From an uncultured Hormoscilla sp. (lineage in GTDB: Bacteria; Cyanobacteriota; Cyanobacteriia; Cyanobacteriales; Desertifilaceae), in contig OZ001293.3 in assembly GCA_963921275.4 (NCBI GenBank), positions 544,001 to 608,000 of the forward strand: a stretch of DNA of 64,000 nt. Direction: 5' to 3'. Under the pieces are notes generated by a model. That model worked only from the letters and a program-made list of their open reading frames with translations. It was not told the origin of the DNA and ran no database searches. Positions 35,564-45,911 of the stretch are shown piece by piece. Numbering within the stretch: position 1 is the first letter of the stretch; each line of letters opens with the position of its first letter. The translations under genes and the position numbers were made by a program.

Positions 35564-36332
35564 TTGACCATTGGTTGGCCAACCCTGTCCCTAGCAGAAT
35601 CTGGTCTACCAGCGGTCGATGGACTGCCAACAAGACGAGAAGGAGGTGGCGCCCGCAGTATTTGTGTAGGCGGTGTTCAGCAGATGACTGCACTGGTGCC
35701 GAGCATCAATTTGGGCAAAACAATATCCAAAGATCCTACCTTCTTTGTCTATATTCCACCTAATAGGGCCCAGGGAGCAGAGATTGGTCTGATGGATTCT
35801 GAGGGTAACCAGATCTATAGCACTATTATTGAGCAGAATGTTGACTCTGGTGTGGTGGGCTTTAATCTGCCCGATCTCCCAACCCTGGAAATGGGTAAAA
35901 ATTACCAGTGGTACTTTCAGTTTATTTGTAATGATGACCTTGGTGCTTTTGTAGAAGGGTGGGTGCAACGAGTCGAACTGAGCGATCGCCTCCAGAGTCA
36001 GTTGCAACAGGCGGACTCACGCCAACGGGCCGAAATTTATCAACAAGAGGACCTTTGGTACGAGGCCCTGAAAACTCTGGCCGATCGCGTAGCGTGGCGC
36101 AGCCATGTTGCGCCGCTTGCATCCGTTCGATGCCTCTCGGGGCGAGGTGTCTCCTGGGAGCTCGATGTTTCCCGGGAGCGCTAAGCGCACTACCCAGGAG
36201 ACACAGGAGCGCTAATCGCACTACCAGAGAGGCATCGACGACTCAACCCTAGAGGCCCAATGGGAAGAACTCCTCACACAAGTCAATCTAAAACATTTGG
36301 CCCAACAGCCCGTTGTCAACACTGCTTTGTAA
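35564..36332 (+). pseudogene. DUF928 protein disrupted by a 22-nt SDR-like insert and a 108-bp nested hairpin insert
   Basis: RREGGGAR, PTFFVYIP, YQWYF, VEGWVQRV and LWYEAL; the C-terminus TLEAQWEELL lies in another frame. Confidence 0.8.
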
Positions 36333-36377
36333 GCACCCCAGGGAAAGTAGATCCCTTTTGTTGGCTTTGATGCTCCG

Positions 36378-36405
36378 GAAACCACCGGTTATAACCGGTG
36401 GTTTT
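36378..36405. terminator. Intrinsic terminator-like hairpin
   Basis: AAACCACCGG-TTATAA-CCGGTGGTTTT. Confidence 0.6.
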
Positions 36406-36415
36406 ATTAATTTTT

Positions 36416-36429
36416 GTAACCATCGCTAC
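36416..36429. promoter_or_regulatory. NtcA box GTA-N8-TAC upstream of pirA
   Basis: GTAACCATCGCTAC, with a TATCTT -10-like box at 36450. Confidence 0.7.
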
Positions 36430-36500
36430 ACAGTTTTTCCAGAAAGGGTTATCTTAGAAGTATGAGCCTTAATTAAATTTCGTCTAAAAAAAAGTCCACC

Positions 36501-36653
36501 ATGAACATGAATCGTCAAACCAGGAAAAAACTAGCCCAAGTCCATCAAGACAACCTGCAAAAGAACTTACAGCACCGGCTGGAAGTCGCCAGAACCAAAG
36601 GGGATGAAAACTTAATTCGGATGCTAGAGGCGGAAGCTAACTACTTCAGCTAG
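36501..36653 (+). CDS. pirA: PII-interacting regulator of arginine synthesis PirA (Ssr0692-like), 50 aa, not in the ORF track
   Basis: MNMNRQTRKKLAQVHQDNLQKNLQHRLEVARTKGDENLIRMLEAEANYFS; upstream NtcA box. Confidence 0.75.
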   Translation: MNMNRQTRKKLAQVHQDNLQKNLQHRLEVARTKGDENLIRMLEAEANYFS

Positions 36654-36799
36654 AACGCTAGAGCATCGGTCAAGAAACCGGGTTTCTGTTACCAAAACGT
36701 CAATATAAGTGCTATTCCTGACGAGAAACCCGGTTTCTATCTCATCTTGACCGACTCTATAGTCCATGTCAGCCGGTGTCAATTAATTTAACCGGTGCA

Positions 36800-36832
36800 T
36801 AGCCCACCCGATCGCTTCTCGGGTGGGCTTTT
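36800..36832 (+). terminator. Intrinsic terminator
   Basis: AGCCCACCCGA..TCGGGTGGGCTTTT. Confidence 0.65.
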
Positions 36833-36889
36833 GGCGCGATCGCCCCGTCCCAGAGGCGATTACTATCAATACTTCTCGGTTAATAACTT

Positions 36890-37195
36890 GTCATTGCGAA
36901 GGGGGGGAGTTTAAACCAACATTGTGAGTATCTTCGCTTATATTCCCCCCGAAGCAATCTCCCCGACGAGGTAGGAGATTGCTAGCTGCTGCGCAGCGGC
37001 TGCACGAACGGGGGGGTTAACTCAATTGAGAATAAGTTAATCGCTACTTCTGTGTTCCCTGCTGCTGCGTCTCCTGGGAGCTTGATGTCCCTCGGACGCA
37101 CGGCGAAACCCGGGGGACATCATCTGAGCACTACCCAGGAGATGCAGCGAGCTACTCGCACTACCCGGGGAACACAGCCCCCCCCTCGCAATGAC
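36890..37195. repeat. REP-like GTCATTGCGA..CTCGCAATGAC element carrying nested hairpin mini-elements
   Basis: Homologous to 13751-13936 with extra inserts at ~36985 and ~37050-37175. Confidence 0.7.
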
Positions 37196-37285
37196 AAATG
37201 TCCCAGCCGTCTTGCTTAACCGAAAAGTATTGCGATTACTATTGTAATTAATATAGAATTAAATTGGCAGTAAGAGGAGGAGGGG

Positions 37286-37906
37286 ATGTCAAAGATAGCA
37301 GTTATCGAACCAGAAAAGTCTTATACATTTGCGGAATACTTTAAGTTGAACTGCGAACCAGACGATCTTCTAGCTTATTTTGGCTATGGGTACAAGGCCA
37401 AATCACTAACGTTGCCGCAGTCAAATCGGGAGTTAAATCGGTTAGAGAATCTGAAACAGCAGTTAGAACAAAATTTACCATACATTAGCCTGAGTAGTGA
37501 AATGGCAAGGCGAGAGTTTTTAATTGCTCCCGTGTTGATGGAGGTAATTTATTACACGAAAGCGCGAGTGAAGGTGGGGTATTCCTTAACCGTAAGCGAA
37601 CAACTGAAAGGAGAGTTAGATTATTATTTAAAATCCCAAAGTCAGTTACTGGTGATTGAAGCAAAAAATGCGGATCTCCAACGGGGCTTTACTCAATTAG
37701 CCGTGGAATTAATTGCGGTTTCGCAAGCGCAACTAGCGAAAGGAGACATACTCTACGGTGCGGTTTCCGTTGGGAATATTTGGCAATTTGCGGTTTTACA
37801 TAGTCAAGAACAGCAGGTTGTACAAGATCTAAATTTGTATCGGGTTCCGGCAGATTTACAGGAGTTGTTGCCAATTATAGTTGGGATTTTGGAACTGGAT
37901 TTGTAG
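37286..37906 (+). CDS. Hypothetical PD-(D/E)XK-like protein
   Basis: EMARREFLIAP, GELDYY, VIEAK and LYGAVSVGNIWQF. Confidence 0.7.
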   Translation: MSKIAVIEPEKSYTFAEYFKLNCEPDDLLAYFGYGYKAKSLTLPQSNRELNRLENLKQQLEQNLPYISLSSEMARREFLIAPVLMEVIYYTKARVKVGYSLTVSEQLKGELDYYLKSQSQLLVIEAKNADLQRGFTQLAVELIAVSQAQLAKGDILYGAVSVGNIWQFAVLHSQEQQVVQDLNLYRVPADLQELLPIIVGILELDL

Positions 37907-37972
37907 TAGCATAAAATTTAGGATAATCCCAACTTGGAATTAAGATTATCCCTGTGCAACTGACTCTACTAC

Positions 37973-38569
37973 TTACTCAAGTCCACTCCGTAAGATCCCC
38001 AGAATCTTGCCAACATTATTCAGAAAATACTCATTTAAGTCTATGGATATCGTTTGTTCTTCAAGTTTCAAAAATTTCCAGTTAGTTCCTGTCGTGACTG
38101 AGCCATAGATGGTTTTAATTTCATTTTATTGGCGCTGATTAAATAACTGAGCTGCTAACATTTCGGCCATGCATTGCCCTAAGCCTGATTTAATGTTATC
38201 ATTTTTTGCTTCCACAAGAATGATAACGGGTGCTTCAATTAACAACTGTTCGGGAGAACGACTAATTAGAAAGTCGCAACGTCCATTCAAGCCTCTTTCC
38301 AAGTCAACATTAAAGTCTTTGCCTGAAAATAAGCTGATCTGACCCGTCAATTGTGTCTTGAGTTCAAATAAGATGGGGACAATGATAAATTCCGACCGGG
38401 ATTTTTCCGTGTCTATTGCTAGTGCTAAGGGTATATATTTTTGCAGCGCTTGTGCCAGAAAATCGCTGTACTCTATCTCGGGAATATCTGCAAATATCCC
38501 AAATTTATCGGAAATTGTTATGCCAAAGGTGATTTTGATTTCCTCTATGCTAAATTGACTGTATGACAT
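37973..38569 (-). pseudogene. Related PD-(D/E)XK-like protein split by TAA at 38126
   Basis: EKSRSEFII, GRCDF, VEAK and QCMAEM; the frame continues [13 protein letters not shown]. Confidence 0.75.
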
Positions 38570-38739
38570 TTGACTGCCTCTCTATTATCAGGAATGGGCG
38601 ATCGCCTCCTATATTGTAGCACATAAATCAGGGTGCATCTCACTTTTGCTGCTGGCATATTCGCTCCGGAGGCCAGAAACCAGGTTTTGACAAAAAACCT
38701 GGTTTCTTAATCCCAAATTGAGATGCACCTCATAAATCA

Positions 38740-39227
38740 TTTGAAAACACCTGTCATGATATTAATAGTTAAACTGTCTCCATCGAGGGTTTTAATCACC
38801 AGATATTTACCAAACACGGACATTTCTATTCCCTGGTCTGGTAAGTCCTCACTAAATCGGATAGAACCACCTGGGTTAAACAGCAGCACTTCCTCTTCCG
38901 TCAGTACCGCTGTTACCCGATCGAGCGTCAGAATTTGTACTATAGGTTGTTAAGGGTAGTGCAACTAGGAGGCGACCGCTTTGCAGACAAATACAGGCTA
39001 ACTGTTGATCTACGCCGATCCAAACTGTATTTTGTTCCTCCCATACTTGAATTATCGGCTCTAGTGAGGAACTGCTTCGATATCTCCTGTTGTGCTCTTG
39101 TCCCAGGGGACTCGGCACACAGGAGATATCGCCAACTCATTCCGTAACTACCCAATCTTTCTCCCAAGTCTAAGATAGCAAATTTGTGAGAATAGTCATG
39201 GACAATTATCTGCCTCACTCCCTCCAT
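38740..39227 (-). pseudogene. Hypothetical protein, frameshifted
   Basis: Overlapping ORF fragments 38940..39227 and 38876..39118. Confidence 0.4.
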
Positions 39228-39261
39228 AAGGTTGAACTCTGATTCTTTAATGCTTTCAATT

Positions 39262-39700
39262 TTATCCTGACTCCTGTTTATAGATTAACACTACGATCGA
39301 AGTTACTTGAGGCTTGACGGATAGGTCACCATTAGGATAAAAGTATCTAACTATGATAGCACTCTTAACTTCACTACCGCTTACTTCCACTTTCCTGGAT
39401 ATGTTCAGACCGTATTTGGTCAGTTTTCTTCCTTTCTGGATTTCTGGAGCATTTAATCTTTCCTGAAATATTTCGCTTGAGACGTTCTCTACCATCAGCA
39501 GCTTCGTCAATCCCTAGTAAATTCAAGTTTTCTAAGTTATCCGAGGATCTCCTGATATTTTTGGTGCTAGATGTAACCCTACCAAAAAAGAAGTCAAATT
39601 TACTTTCTTTGACGGTAAACCCTTTCCCCTCAATGTTCTGGCACAATTGAATATTTACTCCCTACATAAATTATCTCTTATCCTCATCTTACTACAGTCG
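39262..39700 (-). pseudogene. Hypothetical protein, frameshifted
   Basis: ORF fragments 39374..39646 and 39262..39510 join near 39475. Confidence 0.45.
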
Positions 39701-39997
39701 ATGTACTTGCGATATCGCCCTGATTGAGGCGCTATCGCGGCAACATCGTGGGGTTTTGAGTTGTCTGCATTTACTATCGCCATTTGGACAAATATCCTGT
39801 AGTTAACTACCCTGACTGTGTCAGCCAACTGGAAGCCTTATACTTATCTTACCATCGGATCGCTCAATTTTCAACCCCGCATTTTTTCCTCTATCTGCAC
39901 CGGATGCTGAGCCTCTAGAAACGGTCAATTTTACACTACATAATACTGCATTGTACCACATGATGCATACAAGACGCTACAGAAATGCTCCACCCGA

Positions 39998-40795
39998 CTA
40001 CTCTTTCGTCAGCAAAGGTTTAACATCGTGAAAGTGATTATAATCAATGTGTCGATCGCCATCCTTGCCCGTATACAAAACATCCACAAATCTCATATTC
40101 CAAATAATATCGGAGGCCCCATACAAATGACGAGCATGGATAGTCTGGGAAACTGTTTCATCCAGCCCTGTCATGAGCGCGATAATCTCCGGATTCCACT
40201 CAGCTAAATTCTCCTCTGTCACCCCATAAAGAGGACTGGTTTCGTCAATTTCATGCATCGCCATCCAACTGATAGTAAGAATGGGTGTCTGAGAACGAAC
40301 TAACTTAAGATCGCACAGCCGACGCAAAGAATGACCCTCCGACGTGACTTCTTCAGGCAGTACGATAGTAACTCGCAGTTGAGCTTCCACGATCCAATTA
40401 TTGCGCTGGTTAGCTATCCGAAACATCAGAGTAGGTATGCCATTGTAAGGACAAATAACTGCCACCCGACTGAACAGCACTCTCGCTGAAGGTTTTGAAA
40501 ACCGGGCAAACATCAGCGCCGTAGCGTTTGCGAACCCTAGCAGACCGAACAATGCCTCGAACGTTACCAACAGATGCGTGTAGGGTGTGGTAGGATACAT
40601 GGAACCGTAACCGATAGTTGCCATAGTCTGAATACTAAAAAAGAAAGCATCCTTAAAGTTACCCGATTGCGCATTGGCTATCCCATCTCCTCCAGCCAAG
40701 TACGCAAGGGCAAACAGAATGTTCGTCACCAAATACAATAGACAGATTAGCCCCAAAAACTCCCACCAAGAAATCATCAGCAGCCAATGGTACAG
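39998..40795 (-). pseudogene. KirBac-type inward-rectifier K+ channel, N-terminus lost
   Basis: FFFSIQTMATIGYG selectivity filter, FARFS and PTLMFRIAN; sequence begins abruptly at LYHWLL. Confidence 0.8.
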
Positions 40796-41689
40796 AAGTG
40801 GAAGTGGGGTAACCCCAGCCGCACGAACGATCGAAAGCTAGAGTCCTTATTTTTCAAGTGCTTTGATACCATGCGGGACTTACTCGATCGCCTGCAAGGA
40901 CCATTTGGCTTGCGAGATGAAGAAGCGAATCAAGTGATGCTGTCCGCGGAGCCAATCTTTGGCCAACTCCAAGCTTATCTAGAGAGTTTAACGGGTAGGG
41001 TTGCCGAACAGCCAATCAAAACAGATGCTGCTTCGATGTCTCTGGGGAGCTTGATGTCCCCCGGACGCACGGCAAAACCCGGGGGACATCATCTGAGCAC
41101 TACCCCAGAGACATCGCCACCTAAGCCAGATTTTGTGACTCAGGTAACGGCGGTCCTCAGAGAGATGTTGCAGCTGTTTAAGCAAAAAGCTAATCCTGCT
41201 AATCGTCAACAGCTGGAACAATTATGTAGCAGTCTCCTCAATCTGGGCGAAGATACGGAAAGCTGGCAAAATCTAGTACAAACGGCTCAGACTGCTATTG
41301 CTAATCCTAACTGTCCCTATCTCACCCTGGCTCCCCTGGTGATTAAGGAACTCAAGCAGGCAAGCGAACAACTGCAGGCTGGCCAAGCTAACCAAATCGC
41401 TCCTTCTAAAAACTTGCAACGCATAGCGGATAATTCTCCTTCTCAGCGAATTATCCTAGTTGTCGAACCAAAGGCAGCCGCAGAAACTCTGGTCAAGGCT
41501 TTCAACAAAAAGCAGCTATCACAATTTATGAAGGCGCTACAAACAACCGCTAAAACCCTCGACACCTCCCCATCACCCAACGTCCCCCGGTCGGGAAAAG
41601 TCCCCCGGGGCGAGGCATCCCCCGGGAGCGCTATTCGCACAAAAAGGGAGACGCCTCGCTCGACATCCCCCCAGAGGGAGACGCGCTAA
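40796..41689 (+). pseudogene. Hpt/CheA-like protein fragment, 5'-truncated, with hairpin inserts
   Basis: DRKLESLF..LQGPFGL and VLREMLQLFKQ resemble cyanobacterial Hpt-domain proteins; 81-bp in-frame insert at 41035-41115. Confidence 0.6.
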
Positions 41690-41845
41690 CCGCATCACCC
41701 ATCAGACATCATAACCACACCACCCGTCAGACATCATAACCACACAAAAAGGGAGACATCACCATCACACCACCCAGCGCAGTCCCGTAGAGGCGAGCAG
41801 GCATCGCAGCAAAGTAGTCTGTTGTCAATTGTCAGTTGTCAGTTG

Positions 41846-43171
41846 TCACCATTCACCAAAGGTGAGGGCTTGCCCCCGGACTTCTTTGCGCAAATTGCCG
41901 CGATCGTAGGCAACTTGACCGCCGACAATGGTCACAACGGGCCAACCTGTCAAGTTCCAACCTTCAAAGGGACTCCAACCACATTTGGTCAGGAGTTCCT
42001 CGCGGCGTACTGGACGATAGCTGTTCAGGTCTACCAGTACCAAGTCAGCATCATAGCCCGGGGCAATGACGCCTTTATTAGGAATCTTGTAGGCTTTCGC
42101 TGGTGCCAGTGACATCCAGTGAGAGACTTGGGCAATGCTACAACGCCCCTGCATTGCCTGAGTCAGCATCAGGGGTAAAGATGTCTCTACTCCTGGCATG
42201 CCCGAAGGAGAATTAGGATATCCTCGGGCTTTTTCCTCTAAAGTGTGGGGGGCGTGGTCTGTAGCGATCAAGTCAATTACCCCATCTAGCAAGGCTTGCC
42301 ACAGGACTTGGTTGTCCTGGGGAGTGCGCAAAGGGGGATTCATTTGAGCCAAGGTGCCAAGCTGTTCGTAAGCGCTACTATTGAGTAGTAGGTGTTGGGG
42401 CGTTACTTCTGCTGTCACCCAGATGGGCTTATCCTGACGCAGCAATTCTGCTTCGACACCGGTAGACATATGTAGAATATGCAGGCGTCGCTGGTATTTC
42501 TTCGACAGCCCCAGGGCCTGAACAGTCGCGTTCAAGGCTGCCTGTGAGTCCTGTATTTGGGAATGAACCGCTGGGTTAGTCTCGCCCACAAATAACTGCC
42601 GGCGCTCGGATATCCGGGCTTGGTCTTCGGCATGTACAGCGATCAGCCGCGTGCCAGTAGCAAAGATTCTCTCCAGCACCTCGGACTGGTCAACCAGGAG
42701 ATCGCCCTTCATGGACCCCATAAAAATTTTAATTCCTGGCGTGGGATTTGCGGAGAGCAGATCGGGGGAACAGGCTGACGTTGCTCCAATAAAAAAGCCA
42801 TAATTGACTAAGCACTTCTGTTGGGCCCGTCCCAGTTTGTCATCTAGAGTGGACTGGTCTGTTGTCAGTGGGCGTGTATTGGGCATCTCCAAAAATGAAG
42901 TCACGCCCCCCTTAGCACAAGCACTGCTAGCTGTCAATAGGTCTTCTTTATGCTCTAGACCTGGTTCTCGGAAATGCACCTGGGGGTCGATCGCACCTGG
43001 CAACAATGTCAACCCCTCGGCGTCTAGAACCTCCTCAGGGACGGATCCGAGATCCGGGGCGACTTGGACAATTTCTCGATCGCGGATCCCGACATCCCCC
43101 ACCAGGAAATCACCAGTGGGTAATAGTATCCGTGCCTGACGAATCAACAAACTAAAAGGAGTAGCTGACAT
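41846..43171 (-). CDS. pyrC: Dihydroorotase
   Basis: DPQVHFREPG, EMPNT, VHAED, MNPPLR and ATDHAPH. Confidence 0.9.
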   Translation of the reverse strand: MSATPFSLLIRQARILLPTGDFLVGDVGIRDREIVQVAPDLGSVPEEVLDAEGLTLLPGAIDPQVHFREPGLEHKEDLLTASSACAKGGVTSFLEMPNTRPLTTDQSTLDDKLGRAQQKCLVNYGFFIGATSACSPDLLSANPTPGIKIFMGSMKGDLLVDQSEVLERIFATGTRLIAVHAEDQARISERRQLFVGETNPAVHSQIQDSQAALNATVQALGLSKKYQRRLHILHMSTGVEAELLRQDKPIWVTAEVTPQHLLLNSSAYEQLGTLAQMNPPLRTPQDNQVLWQALLDGVIDLIATDHAPHTLEEKARGYPNSPSGMPGVETSLPLMLTQAMQGRCSIAQVSHWMSLAPAKAYKIPNKGVIAPGYDADLVLVDLNSYRPVRREELLTKCGWSPFEGWNLTGWPVVTIVGGQVAYDRGNLRKEVRGQALTFGEW

Positions 43172-43265
43172 GGGAGAAGGTATTGCTCAAATTCATTACC
43201 GTTAATTGACTATACTTGATCTGTAAATAATTGTCAATCTTACTGATATATCCCCAAAATAGAAC

Positions 43266-43940
43266 ATGACTTCTGTGAATAAGCAAGATATGAAGGAAAA
43301 GCCGGCGAACAATAGTGAAAACCCTTGGATAGAGGGAATAAAGACGATCGCCATGAGTGGAATTTTGGCTTTTGGGATTAGAACTTTTGTAGCGGAAGCC
43401 CGTTATATTCCTTCGGGGTCGATGTTGCCAACTCTACAGATAAACGATCGCCTGATTATCGATAAGTTAGGTTATCGCTTCAGGGATCCGCAACGGGGAG
43501 ATATTGTGGTATTTAAGCCGACAGATGGACTGCTTGAGGACAATCCCAATCTGAAGGATGCTTTTATTAAGCGGGTGGTAGGTTTACCGGGAGAAAAGGT
43601 AGAGTTGCGCCAGGGAAAGGTCTATGTAAACGATCGCCCCCTGGCGGAAAAATATGTAGCTTCTGATTTTAACCCAGCTGCACCTGTGACGGCCTCATCG
43701 ACACATCAGCGGACGCAAATAAATGTCTGCCCACCAGATAAGCGGTTCCTCTCCCAACCAGTCACTGTGCCGGCCGACTCCTATCTGGTCATGGGCGATA
43801 ACCGCAATAATAGTTATGATAGCCGCTGCTGGGGGTTCGTGCCCCGCGATCGGATTATCGGCAGGGCGATCGTCCGCTTCTGGCCGTTTAATCACTTTGG
43901 TCAACTGGATGAGTCCTCGATATATCCCACTGAAAAGTAA
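43266..43940 (+). CDS. lepB: Signal peptidase I
   Basis: [20 protein letters not shown] and [12 protein letters not shown]. Confidence 0.95.
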   Translation: MTSVNKQDMKEKPANNSENPWIEGIKTIAMSGILAFGIRTFVAEARYIPSGSMLPTLQINDRLIIDKLGYRFRDPQRGDIVVFKPTDGLLEDNPNLKDAFIKRVVGLPGEKVELRQGKVYVNDRPLAEKYVASDFNPAAPVTASSTHQRTQINVCPPDKRFLSQPVTVPADSYLVMGDNRNNSYDSRCWGFVPRDRIIGRAIVRFWPFNHFGQLDESSIYPTEK

Positions 43941-44253
43941 AATACTGAGTGTTATTTTGACTTGAGAGGATAGTGCGATCGCTTTTTAACTGGGAAAATG
44001 CGATCGCGCTCTGTGTTCGTGGTAAGGGATCTATTATCCAATTATAACAACTGCGGTAGCTACGTTGGTCTTTGTTGAGTGGTTTATCTCTAATCTGGGT
44101 TGAATATATGTTACAGTTAAGGGATTACTTACTCTCTGGTAAGGTGGAAACTGTATATCTACCTCCTAAAGGGGGAAGTTTACTGGCATCCTGTCTTTTG
44201 CTGGCTTCTGTTTTGCTACTATCACTTTATCCGCCTGTACAGGAGAACCGGTT

Positions 44254-44395
44254 ATGACTTCATCAAACAAGGAAATTGTCACCCTTGATGTTGGTCCCAA
44301 TTTGGTGGACTGCGTTGGCGTTGTTCCCCAGAAATGTATGTTGGTGCGCGATGATCGGGATTTTACCTATTTCTATGAGGCTATTGAACAGTTGT
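44254..44395 (+). pseudogene. DUF4377-like fragment
   Basis: VGPNLVDCVGVVPQKCMLVR..FYEAIE. Confidence 0.45.
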
Positions 44396-44449
44396 CAAAG
44401 ACTCCCGCTACCCCGTAGAAGCGCTAAAGCGCTTACTACAAACGGCTTA

Positions 44450-45688
44450 TTACAAATGGACAACGCGCCCCTGTAATTTGCGCCCTAACCAAGGCGTATT
44501 AGCAGCACGAGATTTCAGAGTTCGATTCTCAACAGTCCAGGTTTGTTGAGGGTCAAATAGCATAAGTTCCGCTGGTTCTCCTGCTGATATGACAGCAGGT
44601 TTCTGCTGCAAACATAAGGCCGGATTTGTACTCATACTCCGCCATAATTGAGCAGCTGATAATTGCCCGGTTTCTACCAAACTGTGCCATAATAACGGTA
44701 ATGCTAGTTCTAACCCGATCGCCCCTGGGGGTGCTTCGGCAAAAGCTACGGTTTTTTCCTCGTAGGTATAGGGACTGTGGTCGATCGCGATCGCATCGAT
44801 TACCCCATCCCTGACTCCGGCAATTAAACTCTCCCGATCGACCGGGTTTCCTAAAGGCGGTTCCAAGCGCAAATTCGGGTCATAGCAATGAGTGGCGAGA
44901 TCCTTCGTATCCAGCAACAGATGCATCCAGGTAGTGCTAGCTGTCACGGGCAATTTGCGAGTCTTAGCATCGTAGATCAGTTCCACAGCCCCAGCAGTAG
45001 AAACCCGCATCACATGCACCCCCGTACCAGTATATTCCACCAATTGTAACAAAGCCGCCAGGGCAATTGTTTCCGCAATTGCTGGAGTTCCCGGTAACCC
45101 CAAACGTAGAGAGAAAATTCCCTCTCGCATCACCCCATCTGCCGCCAAACTGCCATTATTCGGCCACAGGGCCACGGGCTTTTTTAAAGGCTGCAAGTAT
45201 TCTAACAAACGTCTGAGTAGAGCCAAATTTTCCACAGGCTTACCATCAGCAAAACCTACCACTCCTGCTGCTGCTAACTCTGCTAATTCAGTCATCTGTA
45301 ATCCTTGGATCCCCAAAGTAAGAGCCCCCCAGCAATAGAGATGGGGGGCTCTTTTTATCAATGCCAAAGCACCCGGGTTATCCACTGGCGGCACCGTATC
45401 TGGTAAAATGGCAATTCTGGTAAAACCCCCCGCCGCCGCCGCTGCCATCAGAGACTCTAAAGTTTCCCGCTGCTCAAACCCAGGTTCTCCAGAATGGCTG
45501 TACAGGTCCACTAACCCCGGTCCCATTACCAGTCCCCGGCAATTCTTCACCTTCTCCTCACTTGGGTAGTCCGTAATTATTGGGGCAATCTCCTTAATAT
45601 AACCCTCTTCTATCAGCACATCGCCTACTCTATCCGTACCCGAAACTGGCTCAATTAAACGCAATTGTTGCAGCAGTAATTCACTCAT
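44450..45688 (-). CDS. Dihydroorotase-like protein (PyrC'-type; metal-binding His pattern degenerate)
   Basis: DLYSHSGEPG, GGFT, PPLG and IAIDHSPY. Confidence 0.85.
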   Translation of the reverse strand: MSELLLQQLRLIEPVSGTDRVGDVLIEEGYIKEIAPIITDYPSEEKVKNCRGLVMGPGLVDLYSHSGEPGFEQRETLESLMAAAAAGGFTRIAILPDTVPPVDNPGALALIKRAPHLYCWGALTLGIQGLQMTELAELAAAGVVGFADGKPVENLALLRRLLEYLQPLKKPVALWPNNGSLAADGVMREGIFSLRLGLPGTPAIAETIALAALLQLVEYTGTGVHVMRVSTAGAVELIYDAKTRKLPVTASTTWMHLLLDTKDLATHCYDPNLRLEPPLGNPVDRESLIAGVRDGVIDAIAIDHSPYTYEEKTVAFAEAPPGAIGLELALPLLWHSLVETGQLSAAQLWRSMSTNPALCLQQKPAVISAGEPAELMLFDPQQTWTVENRTLKSRAANTPWLGRKLQGRVVHL

Positions 45689-45830
45689 TATCGCTAATTT
45701 TCAATTGTTACCCTTTCTTCCTCTCGTTCTTCTCGTTCCCAGGTAGAACCTGGGAACGGTCTTCTGAGGCTCCCGCCTCCAATCAGCGCAGGAGTGCCGA
45801 GTCAAGATTGGAATATATGGTATTACCGTA

Positions 45831-45911
45831 CCATTTCTAGCATCTGGTGGGCGGTGCCCACCCTACATAAATTGCCATTTCTAGCATCTGGTGGGCGGTG
45901 CCCACCCTACA
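45831..45911. repeat. Direct repeat with REP-type GGTGGGC..GCCCACCCTAC palindrome (2 copies)
   Basis: CCATTTCTAGCATCTGGTGGGCGGTGCCCACCCTACA occurs twice. Confidence 0.8.
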
